64,000 bases of DNA, taken from sequence record MT708547.1; one strand, given 5' to 3'. Made by a program: the position numbers and the translations under genes. Positions 45,484-57,400 of the stretch are shown here, piece after piece. Under the pieces are notes generated by a model. That model did not search any database and was not told the origin of the DNA. It was given only the letters and a program-made list of their open reading frames with translations. Position 1 is the first letter of the stretch, and every line of letters starts with the position of its first letter.

Positions 45484-48400
45484 TGTCTAACTGTCCACAT
45501 TGTAATAAAGAATTAAAAATTGACTACTGTGTATATATGAATGTAGAGACTTATGGTAAATCCGCATTAGCAACATCTAAATGTTGTGGGCGTGCTGTGG
45601 TGGTTTCTCGTGTAGTCAACTTTGGTATCAGTGCTTATAATGGTGAACGAACTGAAGATGATTGGGGTAACAGTATTCTACCAAAATCTAATGTACCACA
45701 AAGCAATATCAACGATGAACTCGCCATCAATGTTGTTGAACTTCTAAAATCAGATAGACTATATGAAGCATTGGAAATTATTCGTGGTATTAAAAATCCA
45801 CTGACTGCTGGTTGGTTAGTACAAGAAGTATTAAATGAATTAAATGTTCCAAGTCGTACACAAACAAAAAACTGGCTAATTAATGCTCTTTATAATGGTA
45901 AATGATTATGTTTGAATTATACAGATTCGCTGGAATTGCTATTGTTTTGTTGGGATTTATGTATATTTTAATTTGTGGGATGCTTTTATTCTTTAAGCAC
46001 AGTACATTATTAAATAAAATAACTCCAGAAATAGAAGATGAAGCATTTAAAGATACCTTTATTATCTTCTTTGTTGTTTTTGGAATTGGTGTATTAATAC
46101 TTGATATTGGTATACCAACCGCATGTGCTAGTGCATTATTTTCTTCTATTATACTATCCGCCGTAATTATGTGCAAAATAATTGATATACTAATTAAAAT
46201 TCGTAATAAATTACCACAGAGGTAAAATATTTTACAAAATAGAACTTTTAGGTTCTATTTTTTTATAAAAAGGACTATAATTTTATGCTTATTAAAGAAA
46301 CTGGCAGTAAAGTTAATTTTATTGATGTAAACGATGTATACGTAGGATATGATATTAGTCAGTCCTGTTGTGAACACGCTGGTTGGTTTATTCATCCAAT
46401 GCAATGTGAATCACCATATATTGAGGAATATGGTGATTCATACAGTGGTATTGTTAATAAAGAATTTGATTTAAATGGATTTGTATTTGATACTAAGTTT
46501 GTTGAATACTCAACCAAAGATACAGATTCTGGTGCAATGGTTATTTTCCGCATGGTTAAAGGTAATAATCAATTGTTTTTGCATCTATTCAATGTCCATA
46601 ACGGATACTATGGTCATGGTTTTGATACCAATCTTCCATGTGGGAATGGTTGTTTGTAAGAAATTAATATTAAGGTTGACTTCGGTCAACCTTTTTGCTA
46701 TTATGTAATTACAATTGTATACCGAGGATATTTAATATGTTCGCATTGCAAAATAAAAATACTAAACAGATAATGAAAGTATCTTATTATTTCACGAATA
46801 GTGATGCAGGGGTAGAATTTGATTCACAGGGTGATTATTTTTATTTAGAAAATGATCGTGAAGAACTGGAAAAACTACTTGAATTCTATCGTGAAGAAGG
46901 TAAAATAACACAGTTTGATGATTATCCAGAATGTGGGGTAGGAGAGTTGGATGGTTACGAAATAGTTGAAATTGAATTGGTAGTTAAATGAAAACACATT
47001 AGGAATTATATCATGAAAAACATCATCAAAAAAAGATTCAGGCGGTTATTCTGTAGTACTGAACGGTATTATTATCGGTGACGCAACAACTATGAAAGAA
47101 GCACGCAATATGATTGCTCAATACAAACGTAAACTTAAATACTCAAATTTAGTTCATAAGTATACTAAATTTTCCAACGATTTTAAGTCGAAATAAAAAT
47201 ATGAAAATTCAATTAAGTACTACACTACAAGACACAGAAAACAAAGATAATATTGAGGTACAAATTTTAGTTGATGTATCAAAACATGACACAGTACTGA
47301 TTAATATTGATGGTAAAACTTTTAAGTTAACAGATATTGAACGTATCATTGATTGTGCTGATAAATTAGTTAATTTAAGTACCGAATTCAAAGAAGAATA
47401 TAGTGAAGAAGTATCTGATTTAAAATATTTTGATATTGATTTCTTTAATCAACAGGGTGAACACAATAAAGTAACGCTTTTAGCAAAAGATCCTGCTCAA
47501 GCTGTGGTATCTTTCTATGGTTCTGCTCATGCGGAACTCCACCCAAACTCTACAATTGTCAGCGTAATGCTGAAAAAATATTGACAGTATGGTTTTCTTT
47601 TGATATTATGTATACATGTTGAGTGTACTGAGGATTTAATCATGCATGGTGTATTGACTTCACAAAGTATGAAAGTTGTATTCAAAGGTGAAGATGAAAT
47701 CAGTTTAGAATCTGAGATTGTTCAAGAATGTCGCAGCTTTTCTGAGTTTAAAGACTTAGATATTCATACACACGGTGATTATTTTCATCACTATACAATC
47801 CAGTACAGTACTAATAGTATTGAACCGAAAAACTTTGCACCACAAATTATGAAAGCAGCACTGCTATTGATTTCAATTGCAACAAAACGTGGATTAGTAC
47901 TAGTTAATTTATAATAGTGTTTGACAAATCTTAATGACTGCGGTACTATATCTATGTACCGCAAAACAACAAATTTTAATCTAAGGATATAAACATGAAC
48001 GTTACTTTCCATAAAACTGCTAACCACAAACATGAAATTCACATCAATGGTTTTAAAGCTGGTCTTATTCAACTTCTATCACATCATCCTGATCATAAAG
48101 TTAATGAGGAACAGCGTATGGATTGGCGTGTATTCTTTTGGGGAAAATATCAACAATTCCAAATGGATTATCGTGCAGTAGGTATCTGGCCTCAGACTCG
48201 CGGTTGTAATAGTGATATCTCTCTGAATCAAATGAAAAAAGATTTGGAATTTCTTTTGCAAAATAATATCGATATTGTTCTTCCTAAAAAGTATTTTGAA
48301 GATAAAGGATATGTATTCGCCCATTTCAATGACGGTGATATCTATACTATTGATACTGAATATCAAGATAAATGGACAGAATATTTCCATATCGGAGGAA

Positions 48401-49171
48401 AACATCATCTGTTTGTATCTGAACACGAACTGACTGAACGCGTACAAAAAATGTTTGATTATGAAAAACGTAATTACGCTGGTAAACCCCACTTATTGAG
48501 TGAAAATAAAATCCTGGATATTGAATATCGTATGGTAAATGCAATGTTCGATACTTCTTATTATAATAGCATTAAGGATTAACATGTTAGTTAAACTACA
48601 TTTTGATTTAGAAAAAATGAATGCTGAAGGTGCCAGAAATGGCACCTCGTATGAAGTAATCGATCACGATGGAAAGTATGCTCATATTGTGAAAGTAGAT
48701 TATTCTCATTCATTGTGGAATGGTTTTGGTGCAGAAGGTGTTCATGATATTGATTTCTTAATTGAACATCAACCTGGTGTATATGAAACTCTAAGTGCAA
48801 ACTTTCATTTAGAGATCGAAGAAACACAAATGAAAATTTGTGATAAGGATAACATTACCACAAACGGTGAAGTACTTGGATACGAAGAATATGAACCGTA
48901 TAGTACTGAATTCTTACCAAGTTATGGTGTATGTGATAACATCGAACAAGTATTAGAACTCTATAAACCTTGTATTGACCATAGTACTAATAAATTTGTT
49001 ATTTCATTGACACCAATATATAAAAATACACAACCAGAATTACATGGCTGGCGTTGGCATAAATGGGGTGAGTATATTGGTACTCAAGAAATTACAACCG
49101 AATACATTGCTGACGAACCACTAATTGAAATGGTATATTGCTTCCATATCTATTGTGTAGAAGAAAAATAA
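45483..49171 (+). CDS. ORFs 45483-45905 (CPHC zinc ribbon), 45902-46225 (membrane, C-terminal IRNKLP), 46285-46659, about 46737-46991, 47201-47584, about 47630-47914, 47995-48582, 48584-49171 (GWRWHKWG paralog 2)
   Basis: Tiling ORFs with ribosome-binding sites; paralogy as noted. Confidence 0.65.
46672..46704 (+). promoter_or_regulatory. terminator/promoter hairpin cassette 5
   Basis: AAGGTTGAC-TTCG-GTCAACCTTTTT; TTGACT-17-TATTAT. Confidence 0.8.
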
Positions 49172-49172
49172 T

Positions 49173-49210
49173 AAAAGGGGTTGACTTTTGTCGACCCTTT
49201 TTGCTATAAT
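49173..49210 (+). promoter_or_regulatory. terminator/promoter hairpin cassette 6
   Basis: AAAAGGGGTTGAC-tttt-GTCGACCCTTT; TTGACT-18-TATAAT. Confidence 0.75.
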
Positions 49211-49242
49211 AAAATTATATTAATTAAAAGTGATAATCAATT

Positions 49243-49641
49243 ATGTCAAAACATCGTTCAGTACTTAAAGTAAAGAAAGAAGAAATTAAACCAGAAATGT
49301 TTGAAAATAAGAAAAGTTATGAATACTTTATGACTTTGTATTATGAATTCCGTTGGTTGGAATTATTACGTAAACAAGGTGCAATCATCTTTATGGATGG
49401 TGAACCTATGGATAAAAAAGAATTTTTCTCTTTTGGTATTGATGATGATGGAACTATGCCACGTCTTGGAACCAGTACTACTAATAATAGTATGACTGTG
49501 TATTGTGGTTTTACTTATGGTAACAAACCAAATACAGTATTCGTTTATAAGAAAGAGATCAATGAAGCATTAAAAAATATCACTTACGTAGAAAAGAAAG
49601 ATATTAAAAAATTCACTGCACAAAAATATTCATTTCAATAA
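49243..49641 (+). CDS. hypothetical protein
   Basis: First ORF after cassette 6. Confidence 0.7.
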   Translation: MSKHRSVLKVKKEEIKPEMFENKKSYEYFMTLYYEFRWLELLRKQGAIIFMDGEPMDKKEFFSFGIDDDGTMPRLGTSTTNNSMTVYCGFTYGNKPNTVFVYKKEINEALKNITYVEKKDIKKFTAQKYSFQ

Positions 49642-49654
49642 AGGAATAGAAAAT

Positions 49655-50086
49655 ATGTTCCAAAAAGAAACAGTACTTAAAAAATTAGATGAATGTATTG
49701 ATACTCTTCAATATCATATTTCTGAATCAAATAGTAATACTGAAATTTTAGATCATACTTCAGTACTTAATAAAAAAAAGAAAAAGAATTATAAATTGAT
49801 TCTTTCTGCTCTTGAAGAAATTAAAAGTGGGAACAGAAATGAACTTCATGGTATTTGTAACAACTTGTACTTCAAAGTGGATAATACCGATATGGTAGAG
49901 GAATTTATTAAGTATTCTTTTGATAGCATTTATGGAAGTAATCATGATTATCCAATTGAGGGTTCTCGATTCCACTATCAAATGAATAAAAACAAATGGG
50001 ATGAATCAACAGTACACGGTAAAAATAGATTAAATCTTTTGGACTCGATGATTCAGTACTGTAAAGGTCGATTGCTTTCTATTTAA
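49655..50086 (+). CDS. hypothetical protein, PIEG-domain paralog 2
   Basis: HGICNNL...DYPIEG...NKNKWD...HGKNRLNLL. Confidence 0.8.
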   Translation: MFQKETVLKKLDECIDTLQYHISESNSNTEILDHTSVLNKKKKKNYKLILSALEEIKSGNRNELHGICNNLYFKVDNTDMVEEFIKYSFDSIYGSNHDYPIEGSRFHYQMNKNKWDESTVHGKNRLNLLDSMIQYCKGRLLSI

Positions 50087-50147
50087 AAATATTAAAATAT
50101 ATGTATACTCTTTAAATTCTAAATATATTAAAAAGGGGATACATTAA

Positions 50148-50828
50148 ATGGTTAAATTATTAAAAACATTAGTTCTTATTACAATATTTTATATTCCATT
50201 TGCATTTGGTGATAATAATTGTAATGATAAGTTTCTTAATTCAACTCTACCTGATGTTAAATACAATCAACAAATTTGTTATACTAAATTTGTAGTACTA
50301 TACAATTACAATTATAAAATACCTATGGTAAGTGCTGAATTCTTAACGCCAGATGATATCAACGCATCAAGTAAATTGAAGAGAAAAGATGCATTCCATT
50401 CAGATAAATCCATTCCACCAGAATTTAATCAAACCGTAGCTATGTATAAAGGCACTGGATATGATAAAGGACATATGACACCAGCGGGTGATATGGATAA
50501 TGCATTTGATCAATCAGAAAGTTTTAGTTTAGCAAATATGACTCCCCAGACTAAAAAGTTAAATGAAATAGTATGGAGAGGAATCGAAGAAAAAGTACGA
50601 AATTTTATATTATCTGATGGTGCTGCCTATGTTATTACTGGTAGTATAGTTCAGAATGGTTCAAATAGACTTAATACTATTGTCATACCAGATTATATCT
50701 ATAAAGCAGTATACTTTGTTAATACAAAAAAATCCATTGTATATGTAGCAAAAAATGATAATTCAGGTGGAGAAGAGGAATTATCAGAAAAAGATTTTGA
50801 AGTGAAATATAAAATTAAACTTTTTTAA
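50148..50828 (+). CDS. DNA/RNA non-specific endonuclease (NucA/Serratia type), exported
   Basis: Signal peptide; YDKGHMTPAGD (DRGH motif); SFSLANMTPQ...LNEIVW. Confidence 0.92.
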   Translation: MVKLLKTLVLITIFYIPFAFGDNNCNDKFLNSTLPDVKYNQQICYTKFVVLYNYNYKIPMVSAEFLTPDDINASSKLKRKDAFHSDKSIPPEFNQTVAMYKGTGYDKGHMTPAGDMDNAFDQSESFSLANMTPQTKKLNEIVWRGIEEKVRNFILSDGAAYVITGSIVQNGSNRLNTIVIPDYIYKAVYFVNTKKSIVYVAKNDNSGGEEELSEKDFEVKYKIKLF

Positions 50829-50829
50829 T

Positions 50830-50868
50830 AAAAAGGGGTTGACTTAGGTCATCCCTTTTCGCTATAAT
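50830..50868 (+). promoter_or_regulatory. terminator/promoter hairpin cassette 7
   Basis: AAAAGGGGTTGAC-ttag-GTCATCCCTTTT; TTGACT-18-TATAAT. Confidence 0.75.
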
Positions 50869-50895
50869 CATTGAATCAATTAAAGGAGATACACA

Positions 50896-51336
50896 ATGAC
50901 TCGTATTAATTTAGTACATGTTAAAGAACTTGCAGATCAACATTTGATGGCTGAATACAGAGAGCTTCCACGTGTGTTTGGGGCAGTTCGTAAACATGTA
51001 CAAGATGGTAAGCGAGTTTCTGATTTCAAAATCAACCGTACTTACATCTTAGGTACAGGACATGTGACATTCTTCTATAACAAATTATTGTACTTGCAGA
51101 AGCGTCACATTGATATTGTAAATGAATGTTTACGCCGTGGAATGAAGATTCAAAACACCGACATAAACGACCTCAGTGGTATTCCTACAGCTTTCTGCAA
51201 TGATTATAACCCATTACCTCATGAGATTGAAATGTCCCGTTCTAGATTGATTGAGAAGATTCAGATGAAGCCTACCTGGTATAAGTTTACCAATGTGGAG
51301 TTTCCATCTTATTATATTACTATGTTGGATAAGTAA
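50896..51336 (+). CDS. denV: pyrimidine-dimer DNA glycosylase (endonuclease V)
   Basis: MTRINL...[17 protein letters not shown]...[13 protein letters not shown], matching T4 DenV. Confidence 0.95.
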   Translation: MTRINLVHVKELADQHLMAEYRELPRVFGAVRKHVQDGKRVSDFKINRTYILGTGHVTFFYNKLLYLQKRHIDIVNECLRRGMKIQNTDINDLSGIPTAFCNDYNPLPHEIEMSRSRLIEKIQMKPTWYKFTNVEFPSYYITMLDK

Positions 51337-51379
51337 TAAAATAGTATTTGAATAAAATAAATTAGGTGGTTTTTATACT

Positions 51380-53320
51380 ATGAAATTTAAAAAATTTGAT
51401 GGTACTGTCTATTCATGTGACGATATATACTGTAATCCGTCTTATCATGATGGATTTTTCATCAAAACAAAAGATCATGAAGTACTGAAAGTTTCCTTGC
51501 AGTGGGAAGAGGGTAGAACAAATAACTATAGATTTGTTCGTGGTGATATATTTTCATACACTCCAAAAGATATAATTTGGCCGGATAGTGTAGTTGAAAT
51601 AGAAATTAAATAAGGTGGAAATTATTATGCCATTTCTCCTTATGATACTGTACTATTTGATTATTGTTCCATCTTATAAGATTGGTGATTTAGTAGAATC
51701 CAGATTTGGTAATAAAGTTGGTACCGAGATTAAATGGATAGCTGTGCATCTTATTGTTCATTTAATAATCTTTTCGTTATTCATCGCATTACCATTATGG
51801 TTGTTTGGTGTAAAAATATTAATAATTGCAATTATTTTTTTAGTTCTGGAAGTAATCTGTTTCTATCTTATTCATAAACATAATTCAAAAAAATGAAAAA
51901 AGGGTTGACGAAAGTCAGCCCTTTTGCTATTATATATACATCCAAACAAAACAGGAATTTAATTTAATGAAACTTCAATTCGCCGCGGTCAGTGCTGGTT
52001 CCAAAACAATCACGATCAATTGTGGCTCTATGACTCGTGAATTTCTTGAAGAATATAATATCCCATATACAATGCACTATGATGATATCAAACTTGATAT
52101 CAATGCAGAAGCAGACGTAGATATCCGTTCTTTTGAAGATATAAACCACTTCTGCAAAAAATATTGTGCAAACATTACATTCGGTAATGGTACACCTGAA
52201 ATTGAATTCTACAGCCTCCATGAAGAAGATTTACCATTACATTGTTCATGGGATTACAAAGATATACCAGTACAACAATTGCGTGCAATGTATGCATCTT
52301 TTATCCAAGAATGTAGTGAAATCAACGGTAGTACCGAAATGAATGAAGATGAAAAAGAACAAATGAAACTCTTCGAGGAAACCATCGAATGGGTAAAAGG
52401 CCGAAATAAATGAAAGATTCAGTACTGAAATGTTCAGAAGGTGCTGATTGGTTAGTTGACAGACTACCAAATGCAGAGTATAATGCAATGAAAGCTGAGA
52501 TTGAATTGTGCGTTCATACTATCTTCCAGAAATACGGATATGGTAAAGAATTGCAAGATGCTTTCAATGAAACTATTCCAGTAAAATTAGAAAGAAGGAA
52601 ATGACAATGCATAAGGCACAAGAACTAAAACTTGGTATTCATCAACTTTGTACTCTTCGTTGTGAAAACCTTCGTGCTATCTATGAAGGGGATGTAAATG
52701 AAGTGCAGCGTTGTGAAACTGAAATCAGAATAAAAGAATATGAAGTCAACCGCTTAATTGATGAACTTTGTGGAGAAAAGAAATGAACGTATTTAAGTTA
52801 AAATTTTATGCAAACGATACCCGCCCATTAGGAAAGAAAGTAGATTATGATCTGTACTTTAATAGTACTGAGTTGGCATTAGAATACCTCAATACTAAAA
52901 TGCCAGGACACAAAGAAATCACAGAAGAAGTTGTTAAGCCGTGGTTCACTAATTACAATACTCGTACTTTTACGTGGGAAGGTAAACGTTATGATGAAAA
53001 TGGTGAATGGGATTATCCTGTGGAATTCACGGTTGAACTCGACAAAATTGAAGTAATTAAAACATTAGAGGAATAGTATGTGGTTGCTAATTTTTCCTGT
53101 ACTGACTGTTTTACTGACACTTTATTATTTTGTTCCACAACTAGCAGCGACAATATTTGTATTCGTTTTTTGTGGAACTATCTATAATATGTTGTTGGTA
53201 CTATTATGGTTAATTGGTATTCATATTGTACCACAAAAATATGAAAACCATTTTGCTGTTGTAATAATTGCTTTATTTGTAGTACTGAATGGTGCATGGA
53301 TCTGGGCTATTTGGTTTTAA
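51380..53320 (+). CDS. hypothetical ORFs 51380-51613, 51615-51896 (membrane), 51967-52413, 52410-52604, 52601-52786, about 52783-53076, 53078-53320 (membrane)
   Basis: Tiling ORFs. Confidence 0.65.
51896..51933 (+). promoter_or_regulatory. terminator/promoter hairpin cassette 8
   Basis: AAAAGGGTTGAC-GAAA-GTCAGCCCTTTT; TTGACG-17-TATTAT; downstream ATATACATCCAAACAAAA also follows cassette 3. Confidence 0.8.
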
Positions 53321-53324
53321 TAAT

Positions 53325-53360
53325 AAAATGGTTGACGAAAGTCAGCCTTTTTTCTATAAT
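53325..53360 (+). promoter_or_regulatory. terminator/promoter hairpin cassette 9
   Basis: GGTTGAC-GAAA-GTCAGCC followed by a T tract; TTGACG-17-TATAAT. Confidence 0.8.
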
Positions 53361-53389
53361 AACTATACTTTAATTTAACAGGACAAAAA

Positions 53390-53731
53390 ATGAATAGCAT
53401 TCATTCAGTACTGATTCGTTTGCGTGATAGCAAAGAATATGGTTTAAGTGACAGAAAGAAAACTCATGGTATTTGTGAGTTACTACGCTTCTATGTTCGT
53501 GACAACGAACGTTGTAATGATTTCATTAAAGCAGCCTTTATCCACATCTACGGGGCTTATCAGCCGTTCCCGATTGAGGGAGATAGCCGAGGATATCATA
53601 AGAATCTGGACAAGTGGAATCCACGTACACAGCACGGTAAAACACGTCTTGAATTGCTAGACAAGCTCATTACTTTTGCTGATATGACGGAAAATCTTAT
53701 GTTGATTGAATTAAATAATATCGGTATTTAA
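53390..53731 (+). CDS. hypothetical protein, PIEG-domain paralog 3
   Basis: HGICELL...FPIEG...NLDKWN...HGKTRLELL. Confidence 0.8.
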   Translation: MNSIHSVLIRLRDSKEYGLSDRKKTHGICELLRFYVRDNERCNDFIKAAFIHIYGAYQPFPIEGDSRGYHKNLDKWNPRTQHGKTRLELLDKLITFADMTENLMLIELNNIGI

Positions 53732-53733
53732 AG

Positions 53734-53770
53734 AAAAAGGGTTGACGAAAGTCAGCCTTTTTGCTAATAT
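53734..53770 (+). promoter_or_regulatory. terminator/promoter hairpin cassette 10
   Basis: AAAAAGGGTTGAC-GAAA-GTCAGCCTTTTT; TTGACG-17-TAATAT. Confidence 0.75.
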
Positions 53771-54077
53771 AATAATCATCTGAAAAACCATTTTAATTTG
53801 AGGTATATTATGTCACGTAAAGTTCTTATCAATCGTTTAGCTGAAGCCCTGAATTGCAAACCGCATGAGATTCCTCATGTTAATGAACTGACCAGTAATC
53901 AAATATACTGGATGATTCAACATGAACGTATGCATAAACGCTATGGTGATTTATATCGTTCAAAATGATCATATAAAAGATATAATAATTAATCCAGTAC
54001 TGACTATTGTGTTATCATATTTGTAGTATTCGAATTGATTTATTTTATAATAAACTCCGTTAAAAAATAAATTATAT

Positions 54078-54113
54078 AAAAGGGTTGACTTTGGTCAGCC
54101 CTTTTGTTATTAT
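54078..54113 (+). promoter_or_regulatory. terminator/promoter hairpin cassette 11
   Basis: AAAAGGGTTGAC-TTTG-GTCAGCCCTTTT; TTGACT-17-TATTAT. Confidence 0.8.
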
Positions 54114-54142
54114 ATTTGTATATTAAGTCAATGAGGTGTTGT

Positions 54143-55435
54143 ATTATGATTCGTTATGCTCTGCGTCATAGAACTTCCAAACAGTACGTTGGATTTCGTA
54201 CTGTGCCATGGGAATTTGGTACTGATATTCATTTGGATTTCGATGATGATTATATTTGGTTGAAAGAAGATCGCACATTAATGGATACACTTATTGAAAA
54301 TAGAAAGTCAAATGATGCATCGTTACAATTGAGTGATTCAGTACTGAAGGCGTTAAAAGATTATAAATTAGAAGTGATGGAAATTAATTTCCCAGATACT
54401 GATTGGTGGGATGATTAATGATTGTGAAAATACAATTTTAATTTCATAAACTAAATTATCTAAAGGTGAAATAATGCAATACTCTATCTATGCTCGTATG
54501 GGAGTTGATTATGAATGGAACAGACTTCGTACAGTGTACAATGAAGAGAAAGCAATTGAACTGAAAGAGTATTACGAACAAACATGGCGTATCGTTGAAA
54601 TTCGTAATGAAAGCAAATAAGCGTTGACAACATATATCAGTACTGTATAATATATACAATCTTAATCGAAAAAGGTAAAACAAAAATGAAAGTTACTCTG
54701 ACTGGTGGTACAATCAATGTAGCAACAATCAAATCAGTACTGGAAAACAATAGCCGAGTATATATTTCACTTCCAATTAATGATGTTTGTGAAATTTTAG
54801 TAACTCGTTTGGAATCACATTTTAACGGGTATATCAAACAAGATAGTATTGAAGTTAAATTCGCCGAACGAGATTGTGGTGAAATCCAGTGTATGGCAAC
54901 AGAATACTTTAACATCAATATGATGGAAAAAGCTGCAATGGCTGCCGTTGAGCGATATAATTCAGAAGATCCATGTGAATTTTCTAATTATTCAGTGGCA
55001 TTTGAAAATACATTTATTAAAGAATAACAAAATGAAGTCATACCTTTTCCTATAATATAGTATTACTAAAATAGAGAATATTGTATGAAACTCGATTATG
55101 AATTAATAAGCAAAACGTTTAAATTAATATATTTTATTTTTGGTTATAGTAAAAATTCTAATTTTTTTCCAATATTATTTGACCTTGATGAAAATGATAT
55201 TCACCAAGAATACAATAAAATATTGAATCGAGAGTTACATTTATCAATTAAAGAATTAGTAATTAATAAGTATATTCATTATAAAAATAAAAATTTTGAT
55301 GGATATTTGCAAATTATTGGATATGATTTTGATACATCGAAATTAATAGTAAAGGCACCTAATAATACGGGAATTTTCCAAATAACTTGGGCGAATTTAA
55401 AAATTTTTGACAGTATACCATCAAAAAAAGGTTGA
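54143..55435 (+). CDS. hypothetical ORFs about 54143-54418, 54686-55027, 55085-55435, plus sub-60-aa ORFs near 53810 and 54474
   Basis: Ribosome-binding sites; promoter TTGACA-16-TATAAT at 54624-54651. Confidence 0.6.
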
Positions 55436-55461
55436 CGAAAGTCAGCCTTTTTTGTTATAAT
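55423..55461 (+). promoter_or_regulatory. terminator/promoter hairpin cassette 12
   Basis: AAAAAAGGTTGAC-GAAA-GTCAGCCTTTTTT; TTGACG-18-TATAAT. Confidence 0.8.
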
Positions 55462-55488
55462 GTGTTTATTAAGAAAGGAGAAATAAAA

Positions 55489-55560
55489 ATGCATCCTCGT
55501 TTAGTTAGAAGTCAGAAAATCCAGAAAAACTTCGATTCAATGCTCGCAGTACTTACATAA
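55489..55560 (+). pseudogene. orphaned duplicate of the 5' end of the AAA+ ATPase gene (23 aa)
   Basis: AAGGAGAAATAAAA-ATG; MHPRLVRSQKIQKNFDSMLAVLT* versus MHPRQQRSLQIQKNFESMMAVLE at 56630. Confidence 0.8.
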
Positions 55561-56527
55561 TTTTTCCATATATTTTAACTACTTGTTCTGTACTGTTTTT
55601 TATAAGTTTGATCATATGTGATAAAGTTTCATAACAATTTTCATAATATGCAATTCTAATAAAATTATATCCTTTTCCAATTGCATAATTTGTTTTTATT
55701 GAATCTCTTAATTTCATTGATTCATAGTGTCTATATTCTTTATGAATAAATTCTTTATATTCAAAATGTTGTTCACCATCATATTCGATTAACAAGTTTA
55801 ATTCAGGAATATATCGATCAAATGGCAAAGGACGAATATTAATACAATCATCAAAACGTTTTTCTTTTTCAAATACAGAAAATAAAGGATCTATAATATC
55901 AACTAATTTATATGACTCTGTTGAATTGCATTCTGGACATTTCGTCCCCTGATGGATATAATGAAAGAAATTAGTACTACACCAATTATGACCAATATCA
56001 CATGTTAAATCTAGATATGTGTTATCAGTTCCTATATATACAAATGGTTTGTAAGTATACCCATATTCATTGCATTTATTAAGTACTAAATGTTCAGCTT
56101 CTTCTTGAGTATACATAATATTACCACTACATTTAGGACAACCGCTACCTCCAATAAATTCAGAAAATGTGGTACTGTTCCATTTATATCCACAATGACA
56201 AGTAATATACAAGTATGTCTTATCAGTACCTATATATTTGAATTTATCACATCTATAATTATTCATTAAACACTGCATACCAACTTTGAAATTTGCTTCT
56301 TCTTGTGAATATTTAGAAATACCTAAACATTTTCTACATTGAACACCTTTCTTTGATATAAATTTGGCATAAGTTGTTGTATCAGTATAACAACCACAAG
56401 GTAATGTAAGTTTCAAATATGTTTTAAGAGAACCAATATAAACAAAATCATATAGTATTATATTGTTGTTATAACATATTTCCATCACATTATTATAAGC
56501 AGTTTGTTCATCAATTTTGGATGGCAT
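55553..56527 (-). CDS. putative homing endonuclease: tandem CxxC zinc-ribbon repeats plus a DUF559/Vsr-like PD-(D/E)xK nuclease
   Basis: Repeated LxLxCxCGxxW.TT....GxxCPxC units; PLPFDRYIPELNLLIEYDGEQHF...RDSIKTNYA...FIRI; the only credible minus-strand gene in the window. Confidence 0.8.
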   Translation of the reverse strand: MPSKIDEQTAYNNVMEICYNNNIILYDFVYIGSLKTYLKLTLPCGCYTDTTTYAKFISKKGVQCRKCLGISKYSQEEANFKVGMQCLMNNYRCDKFKYIGTDKTYLYITCHCGYKWNSTTFSEFIGGSGCPKCSGNIMYTQEEAEHLVLNKCNEYGYTYKPFVYIGTDNTYLDLTCDIGHNWCSTNFFHYIHQGTKCPECNSTESYKLVDIIDPLFSVFEKEKRFDDCINIRPLPFDRYIPELNLLIEYDGEQHFEYKEFIHKEYRHYESMKLRDSIKTNYAIGKGYNFIRIAYYENCYETLSHMIKLIKNSTEQVVKIYGKIM

Positions 56528-56629
56528 TTTATTAAATCCTTTTAGATTTCTTTGTAAAAATGTATTTAGGTCTTGACTTTATTGGGGAATCATAGTAAGA
56601 TGTTCAACATACAGTTAAGGAGAAACAAA

Positions 56630-57400
56630 ATGCATCCACGCCAACAACGCAGTCTTCAAATCCAGAAAAATTTTGAATCAATGATGGCCGTACTGGAAAG
56701 TATGCTAGTTCCTAATAGCTCGATAAACAGTATGGTGATTTCAGGCAGTCCTGGTATTGGTAAAACCTACTCCCTGTCTAAACGTCTGGATAAAGCTCAT
56801 GCTCAAGCTGAATGTAATGTAACTACGGTTAGTGGTAAAATGACTACCCTAGCACTTTTCGAAGTACTGTACAAAAACCGGTTCAGTACTAATATTATTG
56901 TACTTGATGATATGGACAGTATTTTTGATTCAGAAGATGGTATGAATCTGCTCAAAGCAGTACTTGATACGTCAAAACGTACAGTATCATATATGTCATC
57001 TTCTAAGTACTTAAAAGATAATGGTATCCCAAGTACTTTTGATTTTTTTGGTAAAATTGTATTCATTACAAATAAAGATTTAACTCGTATTGCTGCATCC
57101 AAAAGCAAACAAGCACCACATTGTCAAGCTTTGATTTCTCGTTCAGTGTATATTGATCTTGAAATTCAAAGCAAAGAAGATATCATGATTCATATCGAAA
57201 ATGTTATGCTCAGTACTAATATTCTTGAAAAATATAATGTTAATCAAAATGGTAGTAACATGATTCTTAATTGGATGCTGAAACACCAGGAACGTCTACA
57301 GTCTCCATCATTACGTACACCTGTACTTATTAGTGCTCTGTATAATTCCAATCCATATGATTGGGAAGAAATTTGCGAAAATGTTTATCTGGAGAAATAA
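56630..57400 (+). CDS. AAA+ ATPase
   Basis: Walker A GSPGIGKT, Walker B IIVLDD, LLKAVLD; AAGGAG before the ATG at 56630; promoter TTGACT-17-TAAGAT at 56574. Confidence 0.85.
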   Translation: MHPRQQRSLQIQKNFESMMAVLESMLVPNSSINSMVISGSPGIGKTYSLSKRLDKAHAQAECNVTTVSGKMTTLALFEVLYKNRFSTNIIVLDDMDSIFDSEDGMNLLKAVLDTSKRTVSYMSSSKYLKDNGIPSTFDFFGKIVFITNKDLTRIAASKSKQAPHCQALISRSVYIDLEIQSKEDIMIHIENVMLSTNILEKYNVNQNGSNMILNWMLKHQERLQSPSLRTPVLISALYNSNPYDWEEICENVYLEK

